A stretch of 63,574 bases of DNA, counting the filler, from Octopus bimaculoides (lineage: Eukaryota), in NCBI RefSeq assembly GCF_001194135.2. It is 7 parts of 7 records of this genome, joined end to end, with 100 filler letters (N's around TTAATTAATTAA, not from the genome) between each part and the next. Parts side by side here need not be neighbours in the genome. Positions count along the whole stretch, not along the records: positions 1 to 25,680 come from NC_069001.1; 6 more parts are not named here. One strand, written 5' to 3'. The notes under the pieces were generated by a model. The model ran no database searches and was not told the DNA's origin. It worked only from the letters and a program-made list of their open reading frames with translations. Shown here in pieces: positions 12,950 to 24,689 of the stretch. The stretch's first letter is position 1, and every line of letters starts with the position of its first letter. Made by a program: the position numbers and the translations under genes.

Positions 12950-13780
12950 AACAGGGTTCAATATCTCTCAGTGCTGGCACTTCAAACATATCATAGAAGA
13001 CTTCCCTTGGTATTACCCTTCATTCTTCTGTATGTCTCATTATCAACTGGTCAAGTTGTCACTTATATTCCAAACATTGTCTTTTAATTAAATACATCAT
13101 GTTACCTAATTTTTTGATTACACAGCCATCCTCCAAACCTTCTTTACCATTTTTGTAATTTTTAAAATCAACTCTTATCTCCTTCTTCGAAATGTTTTGC
13201 AATATTTCTTGTATTTCCTTCAAATGTATTTTTTGTTTTTCTTTTAAATGTATTTTTTCCTGGCAATAATTTATTGAAGATCAATTTTATTTAACTCTGT
13301 TGGTGACTTTCCTGAAATAGTATTTGGATTTGGTGTTATTCTATATACTCTCAAAAATTTCATTAGTGTCTCATCATTATCTAGCTTGTTCCTAGCTTTT
13401 CTTAAAGCTCTTTTGAATGTGTCAACAAATCTTTCTGCTTGCCCATATGACCTCAGGTGGTAGGGTGGGATAAAGATGTGCTTTATTGCAGAAATTTCTT
13501 AATTCATATCCCATGAATTGTGTTCCATTATCTGAAACTAATGTATCTGGAACACCATATCAAGCAAATAACTCAAGTAGGAACCTTATTGTTGTCTTTG
13601 CTGTGGATGTATTACATCTGCATACCTCTAGCCACTTTGTATAACTATCCTCAATGATTAGATAGTATGCACTGTTCACTGGTCCAGCATAGTCGATGTG
13701 TATCCTGGACTATGGGCTTTCAGTCTTTGTGCATAGACCTAGTTTGTCCGAGAGTACTTGCAGAAACATTTTAAAAAATT
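12950..13780 (-). mobile_element. Gypsy/Ty3 integrase fragment
   Basis: Minus-strand SRIHIDYAGPVNSAYYLIIEDSYTKWLEV..YGVPDTLVSDNGTQF..ERFVDTFKRAL (D,D-35-E core), disrupted. Confidence 0.85.
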
Positions 13781-13939
13781 TTCTTTTTGACTCTTCAGAC
13801 GAATTATTGTTAGAGGGATAATTATTTATGTTTTTACAATAGAGATTTATGGGGAAGTCCCATAAATTGAATAATTCTAATCAAGTAGATCGGTTGCATT
13901 TTTAAAGATGAATACTTTCACCTTGCATGTTTTCTCTCA

Positions 13940-15510
13940 AAATGTGACATTAGTCCACATTTTGTATGAAATGTAATTTGTTGCCTGTCACGCTATGAGC
14001 AGATTTCACTGTTTTTCTCAACCATGTGAATGAAAGCACCTGTTCATGGTCATTATCCTTCTTGTTCTTTGAAGTAAGCTGGTCAAATCCTCTTTCATCT
14101 ATTCCACAATGCCAACACTGTCACTTATATCCTGCCTACCCCGGGTATGAAAGGCTTCAGTCAAGTTACCTCCATTCAGCTTAGAGTTATAAAGTTTTAT
14201 CACATACAAATTGTACACTTCCCTTATCTTTTTATTTTGCATTAAGGTTTTGTTGTAGCAGATGTATTCACTGTAGTTCATGTTCTTCATAAATGTTCCA
14301 TCAGGGAGTTCAGTGTCTGCGCTTTTCAGTTTTTTGGCCCCTCCACATCTTTAGAATAGCACATTTGTCAAGACTGAAGGACATTCTAATGTCCTGAGGT
14401 AAGATTCTGATGGTTTGGATAAGGGAATTCAATTGGTCTTTACTAGTGGTGTAAAGTTTAAGGTCATCTATAAAAAGAAGTGATTGATGGCCCTTACTTG
14501 ATCTTTGGGTAGCTTATAACCCATGTTCTTTTTCCCTCAAGATCAAGGTCACTGATATCATGATGATGAACAGTAAATAAATACAGCTTGGCCCTGAAAT
14601 ATGCTTCTATTTATAGATACTTCCCCTAGTTCTTGTCCTCCTGATGTTAAAACAGCTCTCCAACTACTCATGCTGTTCTTAATAAGTAATATGATGTTGG
14701 GTAAACCACCACACTCTTCAGGATCCACAAGTACAGAACCATATTGTATGCCTTGCAATAGAGTATCCAAGCCATAGACAGGTTTGTTAATTGTCTTCAG
14801 TAATTCTTCAAAATTGCCTTGTTGATTAAAAGAAGTCTTTCATATCTTGTGAGTCTTTGCAACAACCTTTCTGCTCATCCACAAGTAGATTATTTTCATA
14901 AAGGTGCTTATAGATCTTTTTGTTTATGATGCCAGTCAGCAGTTTCCACATAATGGGCAAGCAAGCAGTAGGTTTAAAATTGCCTACTTCAGCACCCTTT
15001 GTGAATCTTTCATCATCAGAACTGTTTTACTCTTAACCATGCAGTCTTGGGTATTTCAGTTTGGACATGATCCTTTCTATTCAGCTGACAGCAAAACAAC
15101 TTCTTGTTGGTGTTGAGAAAGTTTATTTTCCTGGAATTGGAGAATAAGTTCATCATACCTTTTGATTTTGGCCTTCCCTCCAATAATCTGTTTTAGCATA
15201 TTGCCAATGTAACCATTACCCTTCTCCCTCAGTTGATGTTTTCTCTCCATATACATGCTATCTACCCCATTGAACCTTATATTATTATGCTTCACCTCTT
15301 TGATTATACTGAGGTCTTTCCTCCATGTTTCTATACATCTTCAAATCCTCCTTTTCCAGAATGGCTCATCCTTTTTTCTCACTCTCCTCCCCTTCAACTG
15401 ACCAAATTGTTCTTTAGTGATATATGCAACTGCATATAACAAATTATTCTTTTCAGAGATGTTATTAGTTCTAATCTGCTGTATTGTTTGATCAACCTTT
15501 GATCCCTCAA
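13940..15510 (-). mobile_element. R4/Dong RT-domain fragment
   Basis: LIKNSMSSWRAVLTSGGQELGEVSINRSIFQG and KLYNSKLNGGNLTEAFHT motifs. Confidence 0.8.
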
Positions 15511-15536
15511 CCTTATTATTATTATCACTATTATTA

Positions 15537-15940
15537 CACCAGCCAAAATGCTTAGCAGCATTTTATCCGTCTTTACATTCTGAGTTCACCATGGTCGACT
15601 TTGCCTTTCATCCTTTCAGAGTCAATAAAATAAGTTGAGCACTGGGGTTGATGTAACTGATTGCCTTGTGCCAAACTTTGAAATTATTATAATTATTATT
15701 ATTATTATTAAGGCAGTGTGCTGGCAGAATTGTTAGCATGCCAATCAAAATACTTAACAGCATCTCATCTGTCTTTACATTCTGAGTTCAAATGCCACCA
15801 TGGTTGACTTAGTCTTTTATCCTTTTGAGGTCCATAAAATAAGTACTAGTTGAACACTGGGGTTGATGTATCCCTACCCCCAAGATCGCTGACCTTGTGC
15901 CAAAATTTGAAATCATCATCATCATTATTATCATTATAAT
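15537..15940 (+). mobile_element. Two tandem tRNA-derived SINEs with (ATT)/(ATC) tails
   Basis: Same family as 2006-2510. Confidence 0.85.
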
Positions 15941-15944
15941 TTAA

Positions 15945-17190
15945 TGTTATGTACTGATGTGCTACATTTGGAATGTCCTTGATATCAGATCACAACTAGT
16001 TTCCTCATATATGGAGGACTTTCTGAACAATCCTTGCTGTTCCTAATAGAGCAGACTTCTGCATTAATTCAATTCTCTATATTTCTACATTCTCAATAAG
16101 GAAACTACAAAGTCTGTATAAGAGTATTTATAACTACTGGGATTACTTTTGGAGAAGAAACCCTCCACATTTTTGGTTTTTACCTTGCTAATGGTATTTT
16201 ACTGTTTCTCCTAGTTTTTTAACTGCTATATTCATATTAGTCTTTGATGGTGCATTCTTTTGACACCTTGTCCAGAATGATAATATTTGGTTGTCTTGAA
16301 TGAATCTTATGGTCAATCTGTTCAGTAAAGTCCCATAAGACCATTCCACTTAGCATTGGTACCATTTTCCACTTACTTCAAAACCTTGGATATATGTCTC
16401 AGTGTAATGCCTTGGCTACACAATCATGTCTATGTTTATATTCTTCCTGTGTCAAAGGACTACACGAACTTATTATGTGCACAATGAACTCATCTTTCTT
16501 GTTATACATTCTGCACTTTCCATAGTTCTGTTTATTCTTGCCTGAAGGACATTAGTTTTTGAGCAGCCATAACAAATTGTTCCATTTCTTTCTTGTATTC
16601 TCCAGTTTTCAATCATAACCAAGATTCGTCTGCTGCAATATCCTGCATTTGTTGGAAATACTTGATTATGCAGCTCTTTTCTCCAGATATTTCTTTCTTG
16701 CTCTTGTTTTATTCTTTCACAGTCTCCACAGCTTTTTACTTCTCTCCACTGAAATCATCTACTTCTATATCACATTCTACTATCTCCAAGCAGTCTTCTG
16801 TCAATTGTAATCCTTTCCCTACTTCCTTCCCTGGTAAATATAACTTATCAACACTGTCTCTGAGATATAATGACCTATACATGGTCTTTGTATTATGGTT
16901 AATGTCTCTTAGTGCTTCCCTAGTCCCATTCAGAAAGCAGCAGAATATTATATTAGAGACATCTATCATGTATTTATTGTGGAGATACTTTCTCCTCCAA
17001 TCAGTGTTTGGCTTAGTACACTTTTACGCTCTCCTGAAATATTCATTTCACATGTTCTCTTTCATTTCCTGACAGAGAATACTATATGCCTTTAATGCAC
17101 TAAGGTACTTTTAACTGTTACCTTCTGTCGTTGCTGTGATTAATATCTCGTTTAAGAAATTTAACCGTTTCTGACTTGGATATTTTTCCT
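15945..17190 (-). mobile_element. R4/Dong 3' fragment
   Basis: RSLYLRDSVDKLYLPGKEVGKGLQL and downstream VLWDF..PNIIILD endonuclease remnants. Confidence 0.75.
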
Positions 17191-17194
17191 CTCC

Positions 17195-18140
17195 TTATTA
17201 CTAGCACCACACACTTATATATTCCAGACTTTGTACCAATGTTGTCACCCACAACTCTAACAGTTTGGACCAATGAACCTAAAGCTTTTTCACTTTAGCA
17301 CTGGATCATTTATTTAACTCACTATCAAGTTGTGTAACCTCAGAGATGCTATACTTTTCACAAGATATTTGCTGCTCCCAAAAATGTAATCTTTTGCAAT
17401 GTCGTAAAACTGGGACAAAGTCCAGTTGTGTCAAGGTTTTTTTCTGTAGGCTCTTTGCCACTGATACAAGTGCTCTAATTACAATTGGTACCACTCTTGC
17501 TTTCCTATTCCACATTCTCTTGACATTGATTCTCAAGTCTGCATATTCTACAATTTTCTCATTTTCTTTACCATTGATGTAATAATGTCCTGGGCAACCT
17601 ATATCAATCAGCAAACAACTCCTTATGGTACCCTTCTCCTCATATGTTTAAGAATTCTATCTGTCTGGATTGTAAAGTCCTACATGAGTTTCACAATCTG
17701 ATTTTCTAGTACCTTCTCTGGTTTGTGCAGGTACTATTTCTCAGTGATTGGAAATCCATATTTCTTGCATTAAGAGCAGTGGAGGTGTAAACACTTTATT
17801 GTGATGCCTTTTATATTCTCTCAATGCAAGCACTCATGATGTGTGACACACCTTCCACCTTCTTCCCACATAACCTACTCTTATTTGTTTCATCTGAGCT
17901 ATACATATTTCTTATTGAGTTTGTGATTAGAGCATGATCCTAAGCAGCCACCAATAAACTTTTTCTTTCTCTTAACATCACATTTTGTCAACCAATTTCA
18001 TGAGGATTCTGCTTTTACATCCTTCATTTATCTTCTGAATCGACCATGCCCTCCCTTATGCTTAGTTTCTCAGCTAGCAGCCTCTGTAATTCCCTTTACT
18101 TTCAACAGTCTCAATGCATAAGCCTCTGCTTTTGGCAACA
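17195..18140 (-). mobile_element. R4/Dong 3' fragment (different subfamily)
   Basis: LIDIGCPG..KENEKIVEYADLRINVKRMWNRKARVVPIVIRAL (ORF 17306-17614). Confidence 0.85.
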
Positions 18141-18146
18141 TAAGTT

Positions 18147-18560
18147 AAAATTTCTTATTTCTTTATTGCCCACAAGGGGGTAAACATAGAGGGAACAAAC
18201 AAGGACAGACAAAGGGATTAAGTCGACCCCAGTGCGTAACTGGTACTTAATTTATCAACACCGAAAGGATGAAAAGCAAAGTCGACCTCGGCAGAATTTG
18301 AACTCAGAACGTAGTGGCAGACGAAATACTGCTAGGCATTTCGCCCGGCATGTTAATGTTTCTGCCAGCTCGCCGCCTTGAGTCAATCTCAGCGGAATTT
18401 GAACTCAGAACGTAAAGTCAGATAAAATATCGCTGAGCATTTTGCCCGGCATGCTAATGTTTCTTATTTCTTTATTGCCCACAAGGGGCTAAACATAGAG
18501 GGGACAAACAAGGACAGAAAGGGCTAAACATAGAGAGGACAAACAAGGACAGACATAACT
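18147..18560 (-). mobile_element. tRNA-derived SINE with a different 3' tail (..gggcaataaagaaataagaa) plus rearranged partial copies
   Basis: Reverse complement begins aaggcggcgagctggcagaaac and shares head and central domain with the + SINEs, but not the tail. Confidence 0.85.
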
Positions 18561-19050
18561 TAAAATTTCTACTCTATTACAGCCAAATACAAATCTAAAG
18601 ACCTGCATTCACTAGCCACACAGTCTTTCTCAATTGTCTTTCAATGTTCCACAGTGTATATATCCCTATGATATCTGTCTTTGGGTGCAATACACTATTG
18701 TGAACGTTTTTTTTTTTTTTTGCATTAACCTATCTCTTCTCTGGTTCAATTCAAACTAGTTACACTATATTTAATTAATATGCACCAAAGTCTAGGCTTT
18801 TTGGACAAGAGAGTGTGATGAGTGACACAAGCCCGTACCACTTAAAGCAAATTAATTGTGGAGGTAGTTTGATGGTGATTTGAAAGCTTAGCCAGAGTCT
18901 CACATAGGTAACACAGTGAGTGATGGCCTTCATTTTGTAGAATCCAAAGGTAACTGCATGACTCGTGTCTTCCTTTGTGTGGTTGGCAGTCCTATCTAAG
19001 TGTGACATTGCTTCTCCAATATTGGAGGTGGTGGTGAAAACAGGAACCTT

Positions 19051-19137
19051 AAAAAGAGTGTTGTCTTCAAAAAGAGTGTTGTCTTCAAAAAGAGTGTTGT
19101 CTTCAAAAAGAGTGTTGTCTTCAAAAAGAGTGTTGTT
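19051..19137. repeat. 18-bp tandem repeat (AAAAAGAGTGTTGTCTTC) x about 5
   Basis: Direct reading; gives SSKRVL repeats in the ORF track. Confidence 0.95.
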
Positions 19138-19169
19138 TAGCCACTTAGTTTATTGCAGTCAAGATAAAG

Positions 19170-20680
19170 ATAAGAACAATAAAAGAAACATATTAATCTT
19201 TGGTTGTTGGAATGTAAGAACTTCAAGAACAAAAAACAGCTCTAATTGCAAAACTAATCAGCTCATATGATACTGATATTGCTGCTCTAAGTAAATCTAG
19301 GCTTGTGGATACAAGTGAATTAGAAGTTGAGAGTGATTCTACATGTTTTGGAACAGAAAGCTGGTGGATAAGCCAAAAATTCATGGTGTTGAAATTGCTA
19401 TGAAATTGACTTTACTTTGCGAGCTGCAATCGATTCTCAAGCTGTTGATGAGCATCTCATGCCCTTTTGTATTCCCATAGGTAATTCCTCATTTTGGTAC
19501 ATTATCACTGTATATGCACCTACTTTATCAACATGTAAACAAGTGAACATAACATTATCTACTCTAAATTGCAAACAGTTATCAGTAAACTTCCATATCA
19601 TGACAAGGTCATATTGATAGGCGATCTTAATGTCAGAATAGGTAACAAATACTTAGTGTGACAAGAAGTAATAGGAAAACATGAAACGAGAAAGATGAAT
19701 GTGTTTTAGGACTGTTGTCTTTCAGTCAAAAATTTTGCTCAACAATTAACAATTACAAAGAATAATATTTCAGGAGGCAGATAAGTTTAAAAACACCTGG
19801 AAGCATCCTTGATCTGATAACTGGCTAATGCTTGACTATGTCATAACTAAAAGCAAAGACTACAGTGATGTCAGATTAACCAGAGCTCACAAAACTACTG
19901 AACATTACTTGAATCACAGAATAGTTTGCAGTGAGGTATTTGTTAAACCATATACAAAGAGGCTATTGAGATCCAATAGATCTCTGAGAATAAATGTGTC
20001 TTCTTTAAAAAATCCAGAAGTGACAGAAAATTTTGAAATACAACTGAATTCAAAACTTGAGAATATACTGGAAAGCAATGATCCTGAAGTTTTGAAGTTT
20101 TGTGTAATTTTCATGATAGCAAATCATCTGCTGAAGAAGTTCTAAGATTCATCAAACACAAATATCAAGATTGGTTCGATGAGAACAATTCTCAAATCAA
20201 ACCTCTCCTAAAAACTATGCACAAAAAACACAAGGCATGGATCTCAAACAATAACTTAAACAATAACTCAGATCATTATACATCTCCTCTAACAAAATTG
20301 CTCAGAATAAATTGTGTGAGATGGAAAGGTTTTGGTGGACAAGAAAAAGCTCCCAAATTGGAACAAGCTGCTAACTCTCACAACTTGAAAGGATTGTATA
20401 ATAATTATCAGAATCTGAAAGGTGTACTTGGTCCAAAAAGGTGGCTTGGAACATATTATTTTTAATGAAGTGTCAAGTAGCAAAGATGAAATTCTGAAAA
20501 GATGGGCTGAACACTTTAAATCCATATTTAAATCCTGAAGTAATCAATGAAATCCTTTAGAGGCCTATAATTGAGGAACTTGCAGAAGATCCTATAAAAA
20601 AACTTTCTAATGGTAAAGCTCCTGGACAAGACAGTATTCCCAGAAAGTTGTTCAATTTTGAATATGTCGCTACTGTTTAA
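19170..20680 (+). mobile_element. RTE-clade LINE 5' part (APE endonuclease to start of RT), decayed
   Basis: LIFGCWNVRT, DIAALS, VYAPT, IGDLNVRIG, TWKHP..WLMLDYVIT, then KAPGQDSI. Confidence 0.85.
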
Positions 20681-20689
20681 AACTGTTTA

Positions 20690-20980
20690 CCTACTTGACA
20701 ATTGCATTTCTAACTCTGCCTTGAAGGAAGCTTTACTTCTTGGACTCACGTTTTTGTGCACAATGACGTTATTAAACCTCCATTAACAGCACTGAATGCA
20801 AATCCTTTCTGTTTTCTTTCACACACAGATAAATTTTTCACCATAGACCTTAATAGTCGTAAAGACACTATGTCAGTTGATAGACTAAAAAAGGCCTTCA
20901 TAGAGAAAACTGTCCCTGTTCCCACTGCAGACGACACACAACATTACAAATACGGCTTGTACACCCGCTTTCACATTCCA
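20690..20980 (+). mobile_element. Gypsy integrase C-terminal fragment
   Basis: THVFVHNDVIKPPLTA..FTIDLNSRKDTMSVDRLKKAF. Confidence 0.7.
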
Positions 20981-20989
20981 TGACTACCA

Positions 20990-21210
20990 TTGGGATCGAT
21001 TAGGTACTGGACAAGGATTCTGGATTATTTTTCAGGTTTTTTACTTAATTTTTGAGAGCAGTTGGGTTCATTTTTACTATTCTTGTTTGTGAGAGCAGGT
21101 GAGTTTATTTCAGATATTCTCATTTTAAAAGTCATCTCTGGCTAATCATTGAGAGAACGTTGGTGTTTCCTTGGCAGAGGTTTGTGCTCTCTGAGTGCTC
21201 TTGTTATTAT
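20990..21210 (+). mobile_element. 3' half of a Helentron-type non-autonomous element (HINE-like)
   Basis: Matches 38810-39030, including ccttggcagagg and the terminal gctctctgagtgc hairpin. Confidence 0.75.
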
Positions 21211-21216
21211 TATTTT

Positions 21217-21420
21217 GAAGGCGGTGAGCTGGCAGAATCATTAGCATGCTACACAAAATGCTTAGTTCTGAGTTCAAATTCCGCTGAGGTTGACTTTTCC
21301 TTTCCTCCTTTCAGGGTCGATAAATTAGGTCCTAGTTGAGTACTGGGATTGATGTCATCGACTAGTCCCCTCCCAACAAATTTGAGGCCTTGTGCTTCCA
21401 GTAGAAAGGATTATTATCGT
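21217..21420 (+). mobile_element. tRNA-derived SINE (third tail variant ..gaggccttgtgcttccagtagaaagg(att)n)
   Basis: aaggcggtgagctggcagaatc head and shared central domain. Confidence 0.85.
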
Positions 21421-21424
21421 TATT

Positions 21425-22130
21425 TTGGTTTGGCTCAGGTCCTGGTAGGATCTATGTGGGTAGCAGGTTACTACCTGTAACTTTAGGTATCCATGAGTTT
21501 TCAACAGTCTTTCAAGTGCGAAGAACCCTCCTCATAATCCTTGCTGTCCCTAAGTGACAAACTTTCTGTAGGAGCTCTATCAGGCATTCTATTTCAATCT
21601 CCTTCAGCCATTTCTCTATGTCTTTGCTTCCAATGCACCAATTTTATAAACATGACCTTTACTGATCACATGTTTCAAATTCTTCCTATTTCAAATTTTA
21701 AGAGATTGTATTTTTTTTGTTTTTCGTCCTCTTTCTTTATGATCCTGGAATCAAACAGGCATGATGCAATAAGTAAGCGACTTCGTTTTTCCTTATCTAT
21801 AATTGTTATGTCTGGTTTATTATTTTCTAACTTCTTGTCCACTTGAATAGGAAAGTCCCACAAAATCTTACATTTCTTCAACTCCAGTAACCTTTCCACT
21901 TGACAATTATACTATGTGTTTCCAGCTTCAAATCCCCATTTCTGGCACATTATCCAGTGTAAAACTTTTATAACCTGGTTGTGCCTCCATTTCTTATATT
22001 CTTCCTGTGCCAACTTGGGGCATTCTACCATAATGTGTACCCATCTCATTTCTACCAGAAATGGTAAGGGAGGTAAAAAATGCCTTGTGGTCTTCATGTC
22101 TCGCAAGAGTGAACTTTGACTTTCTTCCTT
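21425..22130 (-). mobile_element. R4/Dong 3' fragment abutting the SINE tail
   Basis: HIMVECPKLAQEEYKKWRHNQVIKVLHWIMCQKWGF and ILWDFPIQVDKKLENNKPDITII. Confidence 0.85.
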
Positions 22131-22149
22131 GTAGCACCAATAACACAGG

Positions 22150-23560
22150 TCTGCAACCAAAGAATTGTTTCGCAATTATTGGATGAAATTGATGAATTTT
22201 TACCTGCTGATTTCACAAATTACAAAGAAATTATCCCATCACATACAGTTTCTCCACCAAATTAGCCATTGTGTTTCACCATTATACTTGAATTTAACTA
22301 TTGTCTTCTATTATTACTATTAATTACCATATTTAAATAGACTATTTAAACAGTAAAACTAATAAGTGTAATTTTGTAAAATAAGCATCTGGCAATGTTT
22401 AGACAGCTTCAGCTATGCAGAAAGGTGCCTGTATCTTCAGTCACCCACAAGCAGTGAGGAGAGAAAGACATATTTTACAAGGTCACATTGTTTAGGTTAA
22501 AACATCTTTTTTTTTATTTCAGTTATTTCCTCATGCCTTTTTCCAATGCATATATACATTGTTTTGTTTTTTATCTATCACACACTACATTTCTTTAATG
22601 ATACTAGATGGTAAATCAAAAATAAGCAGTTAAAACTGTCCCCGTCCACTTTCTTTACAGACCTCCTCATCATTTGAAGCAATGAAGTCTTCTTGAAGAT
22701 GTGTAGCAATCCTGGATAACTTTTGCTACATTTGTGGTGAGGTTCATAACTAAGTAACATCAGAGAAACATTAGTGAATTTGTCAAAAATTGTTCTATAC
22801 CTACTTTAGGGTGGGGATTAGGTGGTTAGGATAAGAAGTGGGCTCTTCATAAGGTCTGCTCAATTTGTGTTGAAGAATTAAGACAATGGGAAAAATATAC
22901 ACTACAAAACATAGTTGGAAGAATGCTGGAAAAGTTTGAGGCTTTAGGATGTAAAATGAGTTCATTTCCTACCAGTCCATTTGGATTTCTTTCTGGAAAA
23001 TGTGAGGAGCAGGAAGGAAAAGTTTTATCAAGACATAAAGGAGGTGGGAAAAAGATATCAGGGCAGATGGAATGTCAGTATGATGGCTGACTGCTGCTGG
23101 ATGTTGCATTGTGAATGTCCATCAAATGCTCACAAGTGAAAGAGTTCCAGGCATAGTTTCCAAGTGAGACAAGAGATTTTAAAGTACTGAGCCTAATAAA
23201 TGAATGGAACTTTTCTTATCTTTTCATTGCATTTGTGCCATTTCATTTTGCTAAATAAAGTACCAAATTCGTTTTTATTTGTTTCATTTTGTCTTACCAT
23301 ATGAGGATTTACCTACAACTTATGGTATATTTTATCATTAAATTGGGAGAAAATGTTAAATGGAAAAGAGTTTCTTTGATATTTTGAATTAACACCACAG
23401 AAATATATAAAGTAACATACAATTATCAGAACAATTTTCAGAAAGTTTCCTTTCACAGAGCTGTGTAATGTAAATAGAATTAATTATATTCCTTTTTAAA
23501 AATTTATGGTCATGTTAGGCCAAAAAACCTATCCTTTTAGAAATCAGTATTCGTTCTGGA
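22150..23560 (+). mobile_element. Internally deleted DNA transposon, probably Chapaev-3/CMC-like
   Basis: Remnant N-terminal PDNFCYICGE..DKKWALHKVCSICVEELRQW fused to C-terminal HLDFF..FYQDIKEVGKRYQGRWNVSMMADCCW. Superfamily name is from memory of these motifs; termini not resolved. Confidence 0.6.
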
Positions 23561-23776
23561 AACACTAAGATTTCCCTCATCACACAGCACATGTACCTCA
23601 TCAATTATAATTCATTTTCCCCTGGTACTGACCATATTATCACTTGTTCTTTAGATCTCTGTTTTTCCCTTTACTTACAACTTTATAAGTTATTAGTGGT
23701 TTCTTTATATAAGTATTTGTTTCCTTTTTGTTTAATATTTCTCACTCATTGTTTTTTCTTTGTATTTCTCTTGTAG

Positions 23777-23900
23777 CAGCAAATTCGAAGATTTCTAGTG
23801 CTGCATCCCGTACAGATCCTCGTCGACATAGTATGTGTGGCACTACAGAGTACAATGAAGACACAGACGCTGAAAATGAGGAAACAGAAAGAGTATTCCA
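23777..23900 (+). CDS. KCNQ1: KCNQ1-type channel, internal exon preceding helix B
   Basis: ttgtag|CAG CA..GTA TTC CA|gtaaat, phase 1 to 2, open: ANSKISSAASRTDPRRHSMCGTTEYNEDTDAENEETERVFQ. It continues the phase-1 end of 8442 and ends inside a Gln codon, as human exon 11 does. Sequence similarity is weak (variable linker). Confidence 0.7.
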
Positions 23901-24689
23901 GTAAATTCATATCACTTTCTCTCTTTTGTACTCATTGCAATCTTCTTCCAATGTCTTTTCATATTTTTTTTGTTTTCATACTAAACCCCTTTTATCATTG
24001 CTTGTCTCCATATTTTTGCTTTCTACTCAAAATCCTGAATATTTAACGAAGCCAGAGCTATTCGTCATCTCTCACTACCTTCTTGTTGTCCTTCCTATGT
24101 ATACAATTTTAGGGCTGCAAACATAAACATTGGCACAATGAAGTGGAGATCTGTTGAGATCCTAACTTTACATTGCGTTGTACCTGAAATCTTGAAGTAC
24201 AAGTAAAATTATAAATTCATTTAACAATAGAAACTTTCGTTCTCATGCTTAGCTAAAACAGGATTACTACTACTACTACTACTACTACTACTTTTTGCCA
24301 CTGTTGCTGCTGCTGATAATTATGAGGAAGGAAACACAAAGTGAAATTAAGTATCATTAAGCTCAATGACTGCTGTTTTAATTAGGAAAATATAAAACAA
24401 AATAGCTGTATGTTAGCTTATAGGAAAATGTTTTGTACAAAACATTAATCTCTAAAACTTCTCATGGGGCATTGATATAAACTGCTTGTGTTTTCCATTT
24501 GTATTGACAAAAAGCTTTGTTAACACAAGCAAATTAGAGTTTTAGATGAATTCACAATTACTACCTATACTGTCTTTAAAATATGGGTGTTGAAGTTACA
24601 TGCTGGTTACAACAAATATCCTAACACACACATCTTTATTTCTGATTTAACAAGGCTACCGTTGGTTTCATGTTGAGAATTCATCAGCA

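Noticed and set aside
23798-24046. ORF-track protein MLHPVQILVD..
   Set aside because: Wrong frame; the splice-compatible frame is the KCNQ1 linker exon 23777-23900.
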